NCBI GenBank assembly: GCA_016748015.1 | Contig: JAAOMT010000553.1 | Location: 276,923 to 340,837, forward strand | DNA length: 63,915 nucleotides | Direction: 5' to 3' | DNA from: Geosiphon pyriformis uo1 | Lineage: Eukaryota; Fungi; Glomeromycota | The notes under the pieces: model-generated | Told to the model about the DNA's origin: nothing | The model's input: the letters and a program-made list of their open reading frames with translations, nothing else | Databases searched by the model: none | Part shown: positions 12,273-25,571 of the stretch, in pieces | Layout: each line of letters begins with the position of its first letter | Numbering within the stretch: the first letter of the stretch is position 1 | Position numbers and translations under genes: made by a program

Positions 12273-12594
12273 CCGTTGGTTTGTTAAAATTCAATCCTTA
12301 ATAATACTGCGGCTCACTTTGAGATATTAGTAGATAAAGTGGCTTTTTTTTCGAGTCACAAGTGGATTTTTTAATCCCTTTTTTCTGACTATCAGTCGTT
12401 GAAAAAACTTCAGAGCTTCTTAACCAACAACAATCTTTTATAAAGTTCACCAAAATACTTGTAATTTTCATTCTTTTTTTTTTTTAAAGAAAAAACTGAC
12501 GCCTAAGAACCCAAACTAATTTGACTATAGATAATTTATTTTTCTATTATAAGTCTCTCAGACCACCTGCCCTCAAACCAAAAAGTGCCCAATA

Positions 12595-14406
12595 ATGGGT
12601 AAAAATAAAGGAAATAAAAAAAATAAGCAGCAGCAACAGAATGGCGGTAAGAATAGTCGACGAAGAAATGCACATCCCGCTGTTCCTCGGAAAGAATATC
12701 AATTACGTGGTCGACGCACAAGACGAAAGGACTGGACAGCCGACGATTATGAAAACAATAGGCAGCAATTAATACTACAACTAAAACAACACGGCCTATA
12801 TTGCAAAGACATTGTAGGCGATGGTAATTGCCTGTTTCGCTCATTGTCTGATCAATATTATGGAAATCCGAAGCAACACCCTAAAATTCGACTTGAGGTA
12901 TGTGAATATCTGGAAGCTCACCGAGATCATTTTCAATATTTTGTTGAGGATGACGTTCCTTTTGACGATCATATCGTGCTCATGAAGCAACAAGGAACAT
13001 ATGGGGGAAATATGGAGCTCGTCGGGTTTGCACAACTGCACCGTGTCGACATTAAAGTCTATCAGCCTGGGAGGGTATATGTAATAAAAGGTGAAGATAT
13101 ATTTAATGGAAGAGAGGAGATCATTCCTGATTTTAACACAGAGAAGGAGACACTTCATATAGCATATCATAGCTGGGAGCATTATAGCTCTGTAAGAAAC
13201 ATTGGTGGTCCTCATGAAGGTGCCCCTAAAATTGAAGCAACACCTGCAAATATGGCGCCACCCATTAATTCACCACCAACACCTGATACTCCGTCGTCTC
13301 CTAACCCTAAAGAGGATGATGCTAACAAATATGTTGAATATATCGAGCACGACGACATCAATGAGTATAAGACGTTCTCGCCAGACACAACGTACGAAAT
13401 TCCGGTTATTTGCAATAAGGATCACGTTGAAATCGAAAACCATTCAGAAATGGTGGAGCCAATTAATGGTCTCCAAGAAGAAATACAAAATATTGAAGCT
13501 CCAAATAAGGACGATCAAAAAGAAGAACAAGAGGAAGAAGAAGAAGAAGAAGAAGAAGAAGAAGCAGAAGAAGAAGAAAGCAAATATGATGTAAAAAGCC
13601 ATTATAAAACTACGGCAAGTGATTTCGTTAACGCTCGTACTGTCGATTATCCATCCTCAAGTTCATCAACCCCAATCCCCGATGACGATGATACAATATC
13701 GGCCGTTTCCTCACATTCGCAAACTTCATCAACAACAGTAGAAACAATTATTCAACAAGAAGAGGAAGAGGAAGTACAAATACAAGTGGAGCCTTCACCT
13801 CAATTGGAAATCGAATACTTCGATGCAGCCACTGCCAATGATTCGTTTCTACCTCGAGAGCTCACCCCGGTGCCTGGTGTTAATAGTAAAAAAGCTAACC
13901 AAGTTTTGGAGAATGTTGATTTTCTCCAGCAACGACGTGTTCTCAATACCTTAAATATCTCAATCATAACACCTGGCTCGTCACCTCAACATTCCGCTTC
14001 CTCATCACCTATCGTGTCGCCTCAACATTCTGCTTCCTCATCACCTATTATTTCTCGATTATCACCAACGAAACGACAACATTCAATAGATCTAACGGAC
14101 GATAATCAAAAGGAATTTTTAATCGAGAAAAATACCAAACGAAACAAGCACAATTCAATATCATCTATTGGTAGTGATGCAATAATGTCGTCACAACTAA
14201 CGCAGTCAATGTCTAAAAAACAGCGACGACAAGCCAAGAAAAAACAACGAAATAAAGAACAAGTTTACTCTGGAGACCCGCCTTCCAATCTAAACAATAA
14301 AAAGAATAAGAACAAGGGGATCGGAGGTAATGGTAAACGAAGGGAACGAGATACCGTGGCAATTAATGTCCAACCCGTTCCCCAAATGCAACAACTGTAC
14401 ATTTAA
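12595..14406 (+). CDS. OTU-domain deubiquitinase (OTUD3/Otu-like), 603 aa, apparently intronless
   Basis: Catalytic motifs GDGNCLFRSLSDQ, GTYGGNMELV and HIAYHSWEHYSSV; acidic poly-Glu and basic low-complexity C-terminal half. Confidence 0.9.
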   Translation: MGKNKGNKKNKQQQQNGGKNSRRRNAHPAVPRKEYQLRGRRTRRKDWTADDYENNRQQLILQLKQHGLYCKDIVGDGNCLFRSLSDQYYGNPKQHPKIRLEVCEYLEAHRDHFQYFVEDDVPFDDHIVLMKQQGTYGGNMELVGFAQLHRVDIKVYQPGRVYVIKGEDIFNGREEIIPDFNTEKETLHIAYHSWEHYSSVRNIGGPHEGAPKIEATPANMAPPINSPPTPDTPSSPNPKEDDANKYVEYIEHDDINEYKTFSPDTTYEIPVICNKDHVEIENHSEMVEPINGLQEEIQNIEAPNKDDQKEEQEEEEEEEEEEEAEEEESKYDVKSHYKTTASDFVNARTVDYPSSSSSTPIPDDDDTISAVSSHSQTSSTTVETIIQQEEEEEVQIQVEPSPQLEIEYFDAATANDSFLPRELTPVPGVNSKKANQVLENVDFLQQRRVLNTLNISIITPGSSPQHSASSSPIVSPQHSASSSPIISRLSPTKRQHSIDLTDDNQKEFLIEKNTKRNKHNSISSIGSDAIMSSQLTQSMSKKQRRQAKKKQRNKEQVYSGDPPSNLNNKKNKNKGIGGNGKRRERDTVAINVQPVPQMQQLYI

Positions 14407-15129
14407 AAGAAAAATTATTATCATCATTATTATTATTATTATTATTATATCATTTGCATTTGGGAGCATATTTTTGGAATTCATTTCTTGCTAGGATATT
14501 TAATAAAAATTACCAATTAGAGAAGATAAATAATAGTATTAACTTGTTAGAAAAAGTATAATATATATAATTTTCGCCCTGGGGGCTTCAACCAACTAAA
14601 TTTTTAATTTTCTGTTCCTTTATCTACTAAGTTTATTGAAAGTGGTTGTCATTTGCTCATATTTACTCTTGAAGCATAATTTAGTTTCTTGACCGTCCTT
14701 GCCGATAGTTTTTTCACATTTCAAAAATAATTTAAATTTGCAGGTTTGTGAATGACGAAATAAAATTTAGCTCGATAGCGTCGGTGTAGCAAAAAATTTA
14801 ATTTAAAAGGTATCAAAAGGTATCAGCTCAATTTCTTGATTGATAGATTTCAAGATTTCTTTTTATATAATCATATTTTGGGTTGAAAGAGTTCTCAAAA
14901 TTACTAACAAAAATTCTATTTAATTCTTTTCAAATAAGAATTAATCAAATATCAAGATATCTCACTCTTTAACCTCCAAGTCGCTAATGACTTCTACAGC
15001 TACTTGGAGATTCTTTTTTAACATTTCATCAAATACATTTTGCAAAATCGGCATTTCTAATAATATCATAATTATTAGTAAGCCTTCACCAAAACGGAAC
15101 TTAAAAATTGCTTTCTACCGGCCCGACCC

Positions 15130-15649
15130 TCAATCACCTTGATCTTTAATATCGAGACGGTTTAATGTGTGTAAAGCTACTTCTAGATCCCTGTTTAAGG
15201 TGTTGGATACTTTTTCTACAATTTGTGATCCTGAAAGACATCGGACTTGCGGATTACCCTCAACAGAAAATTAAAAATTAAAAAACAAAAACGCTCCCCA
15301 TAATACCTTGGTCATTAACTTGCTCCGTCTTACTTATGTCTTTCTCGTTGCTTTTGCATTTATTTCTTGGATTGGCTTTTCCATATGTTTTTAAATGAGG
15401 AATCAAACCACCCATCATTGTATCTAGCTTTTCAAGCAGAGATTGATTTTTATGCTTAAGAGCCTTATTTGGTTTTTTTTTCCCATTTTTTGAAGGTTTG
15501 GAGTTCAAATTCGATTTCGAGATAACGGGTGGAGTGGAAATAAAAGAGCATGAGCTAAGCTTTGTGCGTGGGATACCTGAGGAACGAGAGGTTCTGGAAG
15601 AGTTAGATACGCGGTTTGCACGTGTAGTTTTAATTTTCTGAGGAGGCAT
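15130..15649 (-). CDS. Small basic hypothetical protein (147 aa, 2 exons)
   Basis: Exons 15307-15649 and 15130-15230 with a GT..AG intron at 15231-15306 give an open frame ending ...DLEVALHTLNRLDIKDQGD*. Confidence 0.6.
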
Positions 15650-15845
15650 TTGAAGTAACAAAAATCGTTCGTAAATTTTGTAGATCTAATCAAATTCCCT
15701 GACTCACAAGCCACTTTTGGTGATTACTCAGGAACTGTAGCATTGGCTATTTTCTAAAAGGCTGAAGCTCTAAATTATAGAATTTAATTTATTCTTTGAG
15801 ACGTTTCCCTGAACGCCTCAAAATAACATATTATCATTTATCTCC

Positions 15846-18198
15846 ATGTCCTTTTCAAATAACGCAGGACTTACAGTTATATATGAAGCTTCGGAACAAG
15901 AGAGTGTAAATAGTAGTGCCTTAGAATTAGATAATTTACATAAGAAAGAAGATGTAGTAGAATATGTTGAAAATGACGATGAAGAGGAATATAATGAAGA
16001 TAGTGACCAACAAACTTTCCTACAACAAACCACCAACGGTAAAGTAACCACGGGTGCACGTACGCGTCGACAGAGTGATATTTTTGATTTTGATGATGAA
16101 CACCTGTTCCCGCTCTCACTCACTGAAACACAACGACGTCCTACACACCTTGAGAAGGAGGTTACCTTTTGGAACGGAGTTAGTTTAGTCGTAGGTTTAA
16201 TGATTGGTTCTGGGATATTTGCTTCTCCCGGGCCAGTAGCTCAACATGCGGGTTCAGTTGGGATGTCTTTAGTGGTCTGGGTGGCCTGCGGTTTGTTGGC
16301 TTGTACTGGAGCGTTGTCGTATGCCGAATTAGGGGCCGAGATTCCCTTGTCTGGTGGAGATCATGCTTATTTGTCACATGCATACGGGAGTCTCCCAGCA
16401 TTTTTATTCAGCTGGACTGCAATTACGTGTCTGAAGGTTCGTGGTCCCTCTTGTTTATTCTTTCAGATCGGTCAGTTTTAGGATATTTCAGATTTTATAT
16501 ATCTAATTCTCTGTTTTTTTTTTCAACAGCCGGGAGGTAACGCAATTGTAGCGATGATATTTGCCGAATACATTAATCGTATAATATACCACACCACTTT
16601 CGAAAAAGAATCAGATCATCCTACTGATAAAACTCATCAATGGTTTAACAAATTAACAGCTTCAGCTTGTATACTACTTATTTCCTTTATCAACGCCTAC
16701 AGTGTTCGACTTGCTACACGTACACAGGATTTCTTTACAGCTTTGAAATTGATTGCGCTAGCAGTTATTGCCATAATTGGATTTGTTGTATTAGGAAAGG
16801 GTGGGTTGACAAAGAACTTTCAAGGGGACTTATTCGCGGGTAGTTCAACTGAGATGGGGGATTATGCATTGGCATTTTACTCAGGTTGGTAACTTTATCT
16901 CAAATTTTATGTATTGGGAATGGAGGCCTGGTTTAAACCACCTAAAAAGATTAGAAAGTTTAGTTAAAGTATTCATGGTAGGAGTGTAGTGGCGATGAGT
17001 TTCCTCTAGTTACCGATAGTTTTTGTATTGACTCAAATTCGAAGTTTGATTGAAAAATAGGGCTATGGGCGTACGATGGCTGGTGAGTACATGAAAAAAA
17101 GGAAAGAAGAAGGGAAGAGAGAGATTTGGTGTCAGCAGCTGATGAAACATAAACCGAATCATTCCTATACATTTATAACTTTCTCCTCCTAATTTTAGGA
17201 ATAATGTGAATTTTGTTGCTGGTGAAATGAAGAATCCTGCTCGGGATCTACCACGAGTAATCATGTTTGGTCTGCCTTTAGTAATACTATGTTATTTGCT
17301 TGCAAATATCGCATATTATGCGGTACTACCTAACACAGTTGTCACGAATACAAACACGATTGCGCTGGTACGCTGAGTTTTCTATTCTGATAATAACCTT
17401 CTTAGTTCGTTTTTAATTCATCTTTTTTAATAGGACTTTGGTAGAAAAATGTTTGGCACAACGGGTGGTATACTATTTGCACTATGTGTAGCAGCTAGTT
17501 GTTTTGGAGCAGCAAATGGTAGTATATTTACGGGTGGGCGTGTGATCTACGTGGCAAGTCGCGAAGGATATTTACCAGCGATATTTGGGAAAATTCATTC
17601 CACTTGGAACACCCCTACTGCTGCATTAGCCATGCAAGCGTCTTTTACCATTGTCATGATAATTGCCGGAACTTTCGAAGCTTTGATCAATTTTTATTCG
17701 ATAGCAGCTTGGGTGTTTTATTTTCTGACATCTTTTGGGCTACTAATTTTACGTTGGAGAGAACCCAATTTGCCAAGGTAGGCGACCCGATGTAAATCCA
17801 GTTCAGATTCCTAAATTCTTTATTAATGTTTGCGATCTTCCTCCAGGCCATACCGCGTATGGATAAGCACCCCGATAATATTTTGCTGCGTAGCTGTATT
17901 TTTGGTAGTAATGCCATTCATTCGTGTTCCATTAGAGTCACTTGCTGCATTAGGGTTTATTTTGGCTGGAATTCCGATCTGGCTGATTCGAGTGCATCAA
18001 AACACGTTTTCTTTCCAAGGTCAGCAATCATATATCAAATTTTCCTTATTTCCGTTTTTATAGTGATTTATTAATCAAATATTGAATCTCATATACCAAC
18101 CAGCATTTAAAAACTTCATCCATTATATTTCACAAAGCTTACGAGTGTGGCATACAAGCCACGAGTATCATAAACAGGAAACCGTAGAAATGACTTAG
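15846..18198 (+). CDS. APC superfamily L-type amino acid transporter (LAT/SLC7; Mup1 methionine-permease-like)
   Basis: Motifs GLMIGSGIFASPG, GALSYAELG, FYSGLWAYDGW (split over a 22-nt microexon at 17061-17082), GEMKNPARDLP, SREGYLP and RPYRV; about 7 exons with GT-AG introns. Confidence 0.92.
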
Positions 18199-18603
18199 CA
18201 TCTAATCATAATGCATTTTTTAGTACATATAGATTCTCGGTGTTTATTTAAATAGATCGATATACCAAGTAAAATGGGAATCTCATCTAAGATTCTGATT
18301 CTTGCTGGTGTTTTTCACTCTCAAAAACAAAATCTATGCATGAAAATAAATTAGTGCCGAAATAGCCTTTGTGTTATCCTTTCATTTTGTTTTTAAAATT
18401 TGTCGTGATATCTAAATAAAATCATCATTTAAACAAAAAAAGGAAATGTAAAATTTATTCTATACGATGAAATGGCAAAATAAACAAAATTAAAAATGTC
18501 CAGACACTATTATTAATTAAAATAGAGAATAACAAAATAATCTATTTTTTTAAACTCTAAAAACGTTCCCCTTATATGCATTGCTTTACTAAATGATCAC
18601 ACA

Positions 18604-20293
18604 TCACCCAGTCTTTTTTTTCGAACTCTTCTTGCTTTTCCGACTCTTGCCTCCTGTTGGAACAGAAGATGATGTTCCAGAAGGCTCTATCTCAACATAG
18701 TCCTCTTCGGTTGCACTGACCACCACCGATTTATCTTTATCGTCATCTTCAGTGGTTTCATCGCTAGTTTCTTTTTTAATTTTCAACGCTTTGTCACTTG
18801 GACTTGTTTCGCTTTCTTTCTTTTTGCTGTTCTTTTTCTTCTTTTTTTCTTCCTCGACTGCTTTCTTATTCTTTTTAACCTCATCAGAATCCGAAGAATA
18901 ATTGAATAATTCTTTCAGTTGCCCTTTTATCAGACCGGTAATTAAAACAGAAAAGATACAAGCTGGGGACAAGTATAATAATGCTGGTTGTGCAGCTTTG
19001 AAAGTGTGCATTACAAGGATCGTTGTTAGGAGACCAAGAATGTAGGCTGTAAAACAGCTATTAAAGTAGGTAGTCTGGAATAAAGAGTGGCGACTGGCGT
19101 TTGGATTCTTTTTTATGTAAAGATAATGATCGAAGCGTAGACATAAGGCCACGTAGATTCCTGATAAAATTGGTAGAGGCAGGCGGAAATGTAAAAAATT
19201 CAATTTCACACAATAATATTTAGATATTAACATGAAAAGTAGATAGATTTAAAAGTACCTGGTACCACAATATCTCCTAATCCAAGCATTGTGAATTGTA
19301 ATGGCTCATCAGGACCTAGGCCAAATATTTGCTTTGGCCATACGACTTTAATGGGTGCATCAAAACTTTTGGCAACGGTGACCATGACCTCAGTACCAAA
19401 TACCCAAAAGACATCGTAAAAAAATAGACCGCTCAACAAAATCATCCCTGTCTTGAACGAATCCAATGAAAGCATTTGAATGCCATTAAAGGCGAATGCG
19501 AGACCAAACACGTTTGATGCAATCCAATTCTTCGTGGCAATGTAATACCCGGTTAATATGAAGGAAAAAATCAACGAGCCAAAATGTATCAGCGAGAAAT
19601 TTGCTTTGTAGATTTCTAATTGACGAAATTTTCAATTAGTTTATAAACTCAATATTTTATGAAGTCACTTGTAGGCTTCTTACCTTTTGATTTTTTACTC
19701 AAGGTAAATTTATAGGAGGTAACCTTAATTTTAGTATAATTTTTCACTATATATACACCCAGAGTAGTAATCGCGATGATACCTAGAAGCGAGAAATAGG
19801 CGGTGACGAGATAATTCACGTAGTCCCTATTTAATAGTTTGAAAACTAGATAAAGGCTAAATAAGACCCCAGAACCGAAAATCGGGAATAGATATGCATC
19901 CTCAGTTGATAGAGACTCGGTTGAGTTTTCATCCTCCGATGACGACTCAGTTTCGTGTGGACTCGATGAATTTATTTTTTTTGCTTTCTGATGAGTGATT
20001 TAAAATAAAATATTCAGATTAATGAAAAAAATCCATGTTTATTATCTAGAAAAAGAGTTTTGAAAACAAAAGAGACTTTATAAAAGGTAGATGATGGTCA
20101 CAGAAAGTTTGCTTTTAGTTTTTTACAAGATTTAGCTTATTATTTAGGAGTTTGCTTAACTTGCTACAAAAGTCTGTAAGCTCAACTTTTTCCTCACCTT
20201 TGGCCATTTTACAGAGGCAAAAGAGCCATAATATATTGGTGAAACTGCCATTATGCCAAGAGCGAAATAAGCGAGGAATAAACCGAAATCCAT
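18604..20293 (-). CDS. Signal peptide peptidase (presenilin-type aspartyl intramembrane protease, A22B / HM13-like)
   Basis: YD (LFFYDVFWVF), GLGD and QPALLY motifs. Exons 20198-20293, 19684-19987, 19259-19615 and 18604-19160. Confidence 0.93.
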
Positions 20294-20630
20294 AGTGTTT
20301 TTTTGAATGATAATATGAAAATTGGGGGAAAAGGTGAAATATTTAAAGCAAACCAATGTGGATGGTGGCGATGTGCCGTTGACAGGCTTATGAATTTGGA
20401 AAATTTTATCGATTGATGCGTTGTTTACTTTTGATTGGTATTAATAAAGAGTGACAGGAAAAACGATATTCAAACTTTTTATCTATAAAAAGAATAATAG
20501 TGATAAAACTAATTGAACCAAACGCATGGGAAGTATTTAAAGATGAATAATGTCCCACAAGTCCACGTGTGTCCATTGTTATCATCGTTCATTTCACTCA
20601 ATACTTTGGAATCCCTACCACCAAAAAAAC

Positions 20631-21726
20631 ATGGCTTATTTCGGAATGCAAGAAATTCCAAATAATGTAAAGCTCGTAATTTCTGACGACCCTCTTCACC
20701 CAGCAAATCTAATTCCTGAATTATGTCGGCTTTTCTATAACTTGGGCTGGGTCACTGGAACTGGGTGAGAAAAAGAAGGCAAAGGTTTTTATTTCGATAT
20801 CCCTTGCATAACATCACTTAATATCCTTGTCTTTGAGTGGTGGAATATCCATAAGGAAAGGGTAAGTCCTCAGGCTCCAGCTGTCATTTTAGCTCAATTA
20901 AAACGACTCTAAACATTGTAAGATACCACATCTCTAAAATAGTGAAGAAATATTTATAGCACCATCAGGTCAGTTTCAGAGTTCGATTTCTTGGATCTTT
21001 TGGTTTTCGTATTCAATTAAACATATTTCTCAATTCTCCAGGTGTTCAAAAAGAACGGATCAAACCCTATGATATCTTTGTTCTATCACTTAAAACGCGT
21101 CATCCCCTTCGAGTTCCTAAACTTCTGAAACCCTCGGCGTGTACCCCACTATTTTATAACGCCTATACAATGCGAGATGCCTTTGCTTGTATTCATACTC
21201 ATTCACAAAATGCAGTGTTGGCCACATTGTTATATCCAGGTGACACTTTTGAGATAACCCATCAAGAAATGATCAAGGGAATTCAAAGGGGGGGTACTAG
21301 AGAGAATTTAAGGTATTTTGACAGTTGTGTGGTGCCCATTGTTGAGAATACACCTAAAGAAGAGGATTTGACTGAAAGAATGGCTAAGGTAAGCGTTATT
21401 GTAAAGCTGTTTGTTTCGTGCCATCTATTTTTCATAACTTTCAAATATTCGCTTTGAATTTGAAAAGGCCATGGAAAAGTATCCAGAAACTAACGCTGTT
21501 CTGGTGCGACGACATGGGGTTTACGTCTGGGGTGGTAGGTCTAATTCTCATGAATTAATCGCTGTTGAATCTTGAGAGCTTTTTACATTAAATCACATCA
21601 ACAGAGAGTTGGGAAAAAGCGAAAACTATGACCGAATGCTACGATTATTTGTTCGAGATTGCGATAAAGATGAAAAATTTGGGATTGGATCCTGCGGTAA
21701 AACCTTTAGAAGGTAGTGCAGTCTAA
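20631..21726 (+). CDS. MDE1: Methylthioribulose-1-phosphate dehydratase (methionine salvage; APIP/MtnB)
   Basis: Motifs [57 protein letters not shown] and ECYDYLFE; microexons at 20838-20861 and 20943-20968. Confidence 0.93.
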
Positions 21727-22863
21727 CTGACTCATGGGAAGCATATGAAAAGCTATAAACCCCACCATCGACAAAGAAGACTCCACTGGCCACCGTTCAT
21801 ATTTCTCTTGTTTGCAATTCAAAACTTAATTAGGATGAATGTCAAACAATCACACAAAAATCAAATAATATCATTTCTTTATGATATCTAGTGTGAATTC
21901 ACAAATTTGATGACATAGGAATACATATTCCTATTAATTGTTAATAATTTTCCCAAGTATATTGCATTAAAAAAATCCAACCTAACTGTGACCTCAAATG
22001 GCTTTCAATTAAAATGGTTGGTTTACATCTTGGTTAGCTCAGGATTCCTCACAAGTCTCAGAAAAAATGCCTCCTTATGTCAACAAAAATTTTGTGAAAA
22101 CCAAATTGGAAATTTATTCAACAAAAAGCCACAATTGCCAAAATTAAGTAAATTTTCAAAAAATCCAGTTAGATTAGATACTCTGGAATATTTTGATAAA
22201 CCTCAAATTTAGAAATCATTCGTAATGAGAAATTTCTTAAAATATGTAAAATATTGGACAGAACAGACCCGACTAGATTAAATAAATAAATAAAGCATTA
22301 TTAAATTATGATAATTTGAAAACCGAAAAAATTATTAAAATAAATAAATAAATAAAATAAATAAATAAATAAAATTTTATCAATCAAAGATCAAATTTAC
22401 CATAAATGAAAAAAAATAATATCTATATAGATTTATATATTATTTATTTATTTATTTATTTAATTATATTGATTAATTTGAAAAAATATTTATTTATTTT
22501 AAATAACAATTTTGAAATATTTATTGTAATAATTTTTTTGTGATCACATAAATAACAATAACAATAAAAATAAAAATAAAAATAAAAATAAAAATAACAA
22601 TAACAATAAAAAAATAAAAATAAAAACCAAATATATATATATATATATATTTTTCAAATTAATCAATATAATTAATCAATTTAAAATTTGATTATTTTTT
22701 GATTTAAAATATTTCTATGTTAAATATTATCAAGTAGAATCTATTTAAAAATTTTTGATTTTAATATTAGATATTAGACATTAAACGTTAAACATTAGAC
22801 AAAAATAATAATAATAATAATTTTTTTTTAAGAATGATTAAAAAATTAGCTGTTTAATTAAAG

Positions 22864-22874
22864 TAATAATAATA

Positions 22875-22920
<46 letters not shown>
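22864..22920. repeat. (AAT)n microsatellite
   Basis: Direct trinucleotide run. Similar runs occur at ~28642-28670, 37523-37552 and 41152-41188. Confidence 0.95.
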
Positions 22921-22922
<2 letters not shown>

Positions 22923-23692
22923 TACCCAAGATGATTATTTTTTAGAGTCTCTTTCATTATGGCAGAAATTCATTTAAAATAATTAATTCATAGTTTATTT
23001 CTTCAAGAAAAAGGGAAAAAAAAATTTCGATATATATTTGTATTTGTATTAGTCTTATTCTTTATTTATTAATTATTAAATTTATGACTAACCGAGGTTA
23101 TGGACTAAATTTATTTTAAGCAAACCCGTTTTCATTGTGATTATCAAAGGACAAAATAAGAAATCACGGGTTGTGCAGATAATCCTGGGGATCGCGGTTA
23201 AAAAGAATTTTGAAAAATGTACGTGAGAAGTTATCAGTGACAGGGTATTGATTATTTGGGGCTTTAATAGGAAAATTACGAGAGAACTCATCATTCAGGG
23301 AATAACTAAAAGCCTCATGAATGGCTTTAACAATAATTTCGGCTCAAAGCCCAAACTAAACTCTGTTCGTCCCACGATCAACGAGTCAAAATGAGCTTTA
23401 TTGTATTTACACTATATGTTAAACGACCGGATTTGGTCAGAAATATTCAAAAATTGGCAACTGCCACATGCATTGCCATAAGAAGAAATTCAAGTTGAAA
23501 GGGCTTAAATATAATTTCTAAGCCTGTTCTTAATATTCGAAATAGTGAGATTTCCTTTACAGGGTGTCAAAGTGGGAATAATTTATTCTTTATAAAAGGA
23601 AGTACTTTTGGACCCAAGAACTCATAAAAAGAAATTTCTCTTCCAAAATCATCTCATTTTTAATAACATTGACAATCTCAAACCCTTTTAAA

Positions 23693-24450
23693 ATGATAAA
23701 CCAAAAATTTTTACCAAGCCTTCTATTCATTATCACGTTTCTCTTTTTTGTATCCATCTTACAAATGGGTAATGGGAATGCAATGCCGTTTAAACTAATT
23801 AAAAGAGGTAACATTATCAAAGATTTCCAATAATAATTAACGTACTTTTGAAACAGGTTGCTTATAGCTCTTTTTTAAATGTTGCTCGAATATTTTACAA
23901 TTTAAAGAATTGCCATTATGTGAAGGTAAGTTTTTAAAGCCGTATTTCTTTGAAAATATTTCAATATTGTTCCTAAAAGACCTTATATTCTTTATTTTTT
24001 TATTCCAGGTTTCAAATTCATAACACCGGCCGGAGGCGAAATTTTAAACAGAGGCGACCAGCTTCAAGTTTCCTATGCAAAAGGAAATTCTTTGGTTAGT
24101 GAAATAAATTCGATCACTGTTTACTATAAACAAGCTGGCAAAGGTGGTGAGGTCAAGGATCTTTGGATTGGTTCGTTACCATTTGAGTCGAATGCAACTG
24201 CAGAAAAAACTGTCACACTCGATATTCCTGATTCCGTCGACTGGGTTACCTATGGTACAGATGATAAAGCCTCTAGATTCTTGCTTAGAACTTGGGCGCG
24301 TACCTCCAAAGGACCTGATTGTGTTATTTACAGGTGAGATTTTTATTGGTATTTGAGGCAAAATTTTAATTTCTAAAATAGAAACTTAAAATTTTCTTTT
24401 TTAAACTTCATTTTTTTTATCATAGTCCTGAATTCAGTATTGCTAAATAG
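23693..24450 (+). CDS. Small secreted protein (160 aa, 4 exons; signal peptide, KR propeptide, two Cys, beta-rich)
   Basis: Exons 23693-23807, 23908-23925, 24009-24333 and 24426-24450 give MINQKFLPSLLFIITFLFFVSILQMGNGNAMPFKLIKR-ELPLCEGFKFITP...GPDCVIYSPEFSIAK*. Confidence 0.8.
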
Positions 24451-25571
24451 AGTATAAAAATAAACGTTTAGATTTACCAAATTAGGGTAAATTTTCATAT
24501 TGTAATATTGACATCGCGAAAATAAAATATTTTCCTGTATGAGGTAGCGTTTATAAAACATTATGTAATAAAACAATTGAGATTTCGATTAAAAAATTAC
24601 AATTCTTGGTTTTTAATATGTTTTTGTTAAAATAATATTTTTTATATAATTGAACAACCATTAATTATAATGTGTTATTTGTTAATGTTTTGACTGTGAT
24701 TAAAATAAAAACTTATTTAAAACAGGTTAACGACAAAATTATTAAAATTTTTACTATTATATAAAATTTTGAACAATTTGTACACTATTATTAGATATGA
24801 TTAATTTTTTTCTACAATTAATTAATGGAGGCTTTTATCTTAAAAAAAATTGATTTTAACTCATATATGGGATTCTAGACCAAAATTGGCTACAATGCTA
24901 GATTATTCAGTGTGAATGTATGCATTGTTTTATTATAGTTATATTTGAATATATTTTTTATTGATTTCAAGGTGTACAGTTAATATGCATTTTACAATAT
25001 GTAGTTTCTCAGTAAATCGGGCCCACTTTTATAAGATTGTATCCAGTAGACATAATAGCAAATTTATATTAAATAAATAGCCATATCAGGAAATTTTATT
25101 TAATATTACTTTGATCATTAATAATATCACCTGATTCAAAAGATTTATGAATAATATTCTGCCAATTAGAATTATCGATTAATGTTAACCTAATCAATTC
25201 TCCAATCAATTAAATAATTTAATTTTTGATCAAAAACCATTCGAAGTTAAACCAAGAGCTAAATTTAAAAGCGGCTATTAATAAAACTTGTAACTATTCG
25301 TTTAGTAAAACAATACAATGAGACAATAGGAAATTTGTTTATTTACTACAGCTACTTAAACCTATTCAATATGATTTGTGACGAATTATAGTTTGATTAA
25401 TAACGACATTCAATGTTAATAAATTGATTAGTTAACTATCTAAACACAGAGAAATAACATAAATACCAACTTCGCCTTTAAAAAATTACTTTATAAACAA
25501 AATTTTTTTCTTGTTAAAAAAAACCCCCTATTCGAATAATAGCCTATTCAATTTTATTCACAAAGTTAACC

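Noticed and set aside
23908-23925. Secreted-protein microexon resembles the kinase microexon (AATT...TGAAG|GTAAG)
   Set aside because: The similarity is limited to a few bases dominated by splice consensus; likely coincidence.
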